A stretch of 63,420 bases of DNA, filler included, from Rhabdomonas costata (Eukaryota), in assembly GCA_019059605.1 (NCBI GenBank). It is 52 parts of 52 records of this genome, joined end to end, with 100 filler letters (N's around TTAATTAATTAA, not from the genome) between each part and the next. Parts side by side here need not be neighbours in the genome. Positions count along the whole stretch, not along the records: positions 61,079 to 62,199 come from JAHMHO010027536.1; positions 62,300 to 63,420 come from JAHMHO010027537.1; 50 more parts are not named here. One strand, written 5' to 3'. Positions 61,485 through 63,420 of the stretch are shown piece after piece (position 1 is the stretch's first letter; every line of letters starts with the position of its first letter). The notes under the pieces were generated by a model. The model was not told the origin of the DNA, ran no database searches, and worked only from the letters and a program-made list of their open reading frames with translations. A program made the translations under genes and the position numbers.

Positions 61485-61633
61485 ATGCTAGCTGAGGTGC
61501 CCTCCCACTGCGATGCTGCCGACCCGACAGCGGCGCGGGCGATGCAGACCCTGACTTATGGAGTCACTAAGCTTCAGGCGGCATTTCGAGGAGCCGCTGT
61601 CCGCCGGCAGCTTTCCAAAGAGCTGAAGCAAAG
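61485..61633 (+). CDS. IQ calmodulin-binding motif exon 1 (5' boundary uncertain)
   Basis: VTKLQAAFRGAAVRRQL fits IQxxxRGxxxR. AG|GT donor. Confidence 0.75.
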
Positions 61634-61922
61634 GTTTGGCTTGACTTTCGAGGCAAGACCTTTATTCCTTCGATCTTCGAATTTCTTTCATTGGTCTGTG
61701 GGCTTTGGGAGGTGATTAAACAGGGTTAAACAGGGTCGTACCCAGGGTTTCATTGCCCGGGGGGCAATGAAACCCTGGGTACGATCTTCTCATGGGTCAC
61801 ATTTTTCCAAGTTGAAATGTTTGTTAAAAAAAAAAGAACACTTAAGAAAACGGGAAACCCGCGTGAAAAAAAACGGACTCGTCACACATTCAGAACCTCG
61901 TAACTTCCGACCTTTCTCACAG

Positions 61923-62029
61923 GGAATGGAGCAAGGCCAAGTGCAAGTGTACTCCTGTGCTCGACCGTGAGCTAAACGTGGACCCTTCGTTCATTGCAGC
62001 TATCACTCGGCTTCAGGCTGCTGTGCGAG
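61923..62029 (+). CDS. IQ motif exon 2
   Basis: A phase-2 splice gives REWSKAK...FIAAITRLQAAVRG, a second IQ motif. Confidence 0.6.
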
Positions 62030-63327
62030 GTTGGTGTGGTTGACTCATCGCTCTTTTTGGGGGGCTCGTTCCTGCGAGAATCACCATTTTGGGATGTTGC
62101 GCATTGAAGCTCAAAGCCAAACGTTAGTCCTATGAGTCATCACATGGCCAGCACGTCATCAGTCACCCATGTCGTTGCTCCTTAGTCCCACCCCCCACCN
62201 NNNNNNNNNNNNNNNNNNNNNNNNNNNNNNNNNNNNNNNNNNNTTAATTAATTAANNNNNNNNNNNNNNNNNNNNNNNNNNNNNNNNNNNNNNNNNNNNC
62301 CCGTAAAGTGGAATGCCTTTGGAGAAGTGTGCGCTGGTGAACTGTTGCGCAGAGGGTAAGTACATTTCACGCCCATCACGGCGGAAACCGTTCCACATCG
62401 ATGGGATAAATCACCGGAAGAGAGTGAAGGAGCCACTTTACGGGGGAAGGGGTGAGGGATCACTTTTTCTTACAGCGGAAGGAGGGATCTGTCCACTGCA
62501 GCATCGGGGCCACGGCTCAGGCCCTCTATTCCCAGCGGGCACCCCCGCAGCCATCTCCTCCCCTTCGGCGTTGCGCCCCTCGGCGCAAGGCGGAGCTTTC
62601 ACTCTTCCTCATCTCGGCTGGCAAAGGATTTCTATGCCACCCTCGGGGTCTGCGCACCCATGTTGATGCGTGTCGTGTGAATGCGCTGTTGGCGTTTCCT
62701 AAGAACCTCCGCCCAGCAGCAGAGGGGGTGATCCGCTCCCCGAGAAGCAGTGATGCAGGGGGAGAGTAGTACGAAACCCCAATGGAGGAAGAAATACGCT
62801 CTTCAAAGCCATGTCTTGGGCACGTAGTGTGTGTGATTTGTAAGGAAGTCGGCGAGGGCGAGAGTGCCTTTTTGTGTGTCTGTGTGTGTACTCGCGCTAT
62901 GCTGGGGTTTACGTTGAGCTATTCGGTTTGGGCTGTGAGAGGTGTGGCCTTGAGAGGTCCATTCAGCGTCAGTGTGTGGCTTCTTTCGTTCATTTTGCAG
63001 TTTAGAAGGATGCGTCTTCAGTCAGACCAGAGCAGAAAGCAGACTGCCCCGGACCCCCGGAGCCCCGGAAACTGGAAACCTCCTTTCAAATTTTGTACTG
63101 GCTTTTTCCCCCATAGAGTGTCACATATGGGTCGGTTTTTGGGCTCTGCAGCAGTCAGAGTATGCATCAGGGGGCAGACTCCGACACCCCTAGACCAAAA
63201 CGGCTGGTTGGTTTCCCTCAAACGGGGCCTGCGTGCCTCACGGAGCTCCATGTGACAGTCTCCCATAAGCTTCCCGCGCAAGTTGCTGTTTTGGTGCAGG
63301 GGATGGGAGGGGGGAGGGGTATCACAG

Positions 63328-63420
63328 GTCCCCAAAACGGCCTCCACGGATGAGATAAAGAAGGCGTACTTCCTTAAGGCGAAGAAGTACCACCCCGACG
63401 TCAACAAGGACCCCACACAA
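63328..63420 (+). CDS. dnaJ: DnaJ/Hsp40 J-domain exon
   Basis: [29 protein letters not shown] with the HPD motif, after a CACAG acceptor. Not in the ORF track. Confidence 0.92.

Noticed and set aside
61967-61999. A 33-nt GT-AG micro-intron in the IQ gene
   Set aside because: It is in frame with no stop, and retaining it gives the better IQ context (AAITRLQAAVRG).
1167-62299. Regularly spaced TTAATTAATTAA repeats with ~1.12-kb 'spacers', as a CRISPR-like or cassette array
   Set aside because: Each copy sits inside fixed N runs and gives six-frame stops. It is an assembly linker, and the spacing comes from size-sorted contigs.

Overview
This window is not one locus. It is 52 unrelated contigs of about 1.12 kb, joined by an artificial 100-nt spacer (44 N + TTAATTAATTAA + 44 N). 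The contig ends and fold-backs suggest a whole-genome-amplified draft assembly. Most contigs come from an intron-rich, roughly 50% GC eukaryote with GT-AG introns, probably a free-living protist; I cannot name the taxon. They carry isolated exons for a response-regulator receiver, a histidine kinase, a class III adenylyl cyclase, MIB/HERC2 plus ankyrin, PSI, CUB, laminin-EGF, PH, a PhyH-family dioxygenase, a FAAH-like amidase, PRPP synthetase, IQ motifs and DnaJ. Transposon relics include Merlin, Ty3/Gypsy gag and pol, and a plant-type CACTA. Three contigs stand out: (i) spliced, GC-rich exons whose product resembles the C-terminal part of Nad5/NuoL, normally organelle-encoded; (ii) an AT-rich intronless contig that looks like a Mimiviridae-type giant virus; (iii) a Gypsy pol relic assembled as a ~995-bp circle or tandem unit. 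All protein calls are by-eye motif recognition; no searches were run, and nothing can be inferred from adjacency between contigs.
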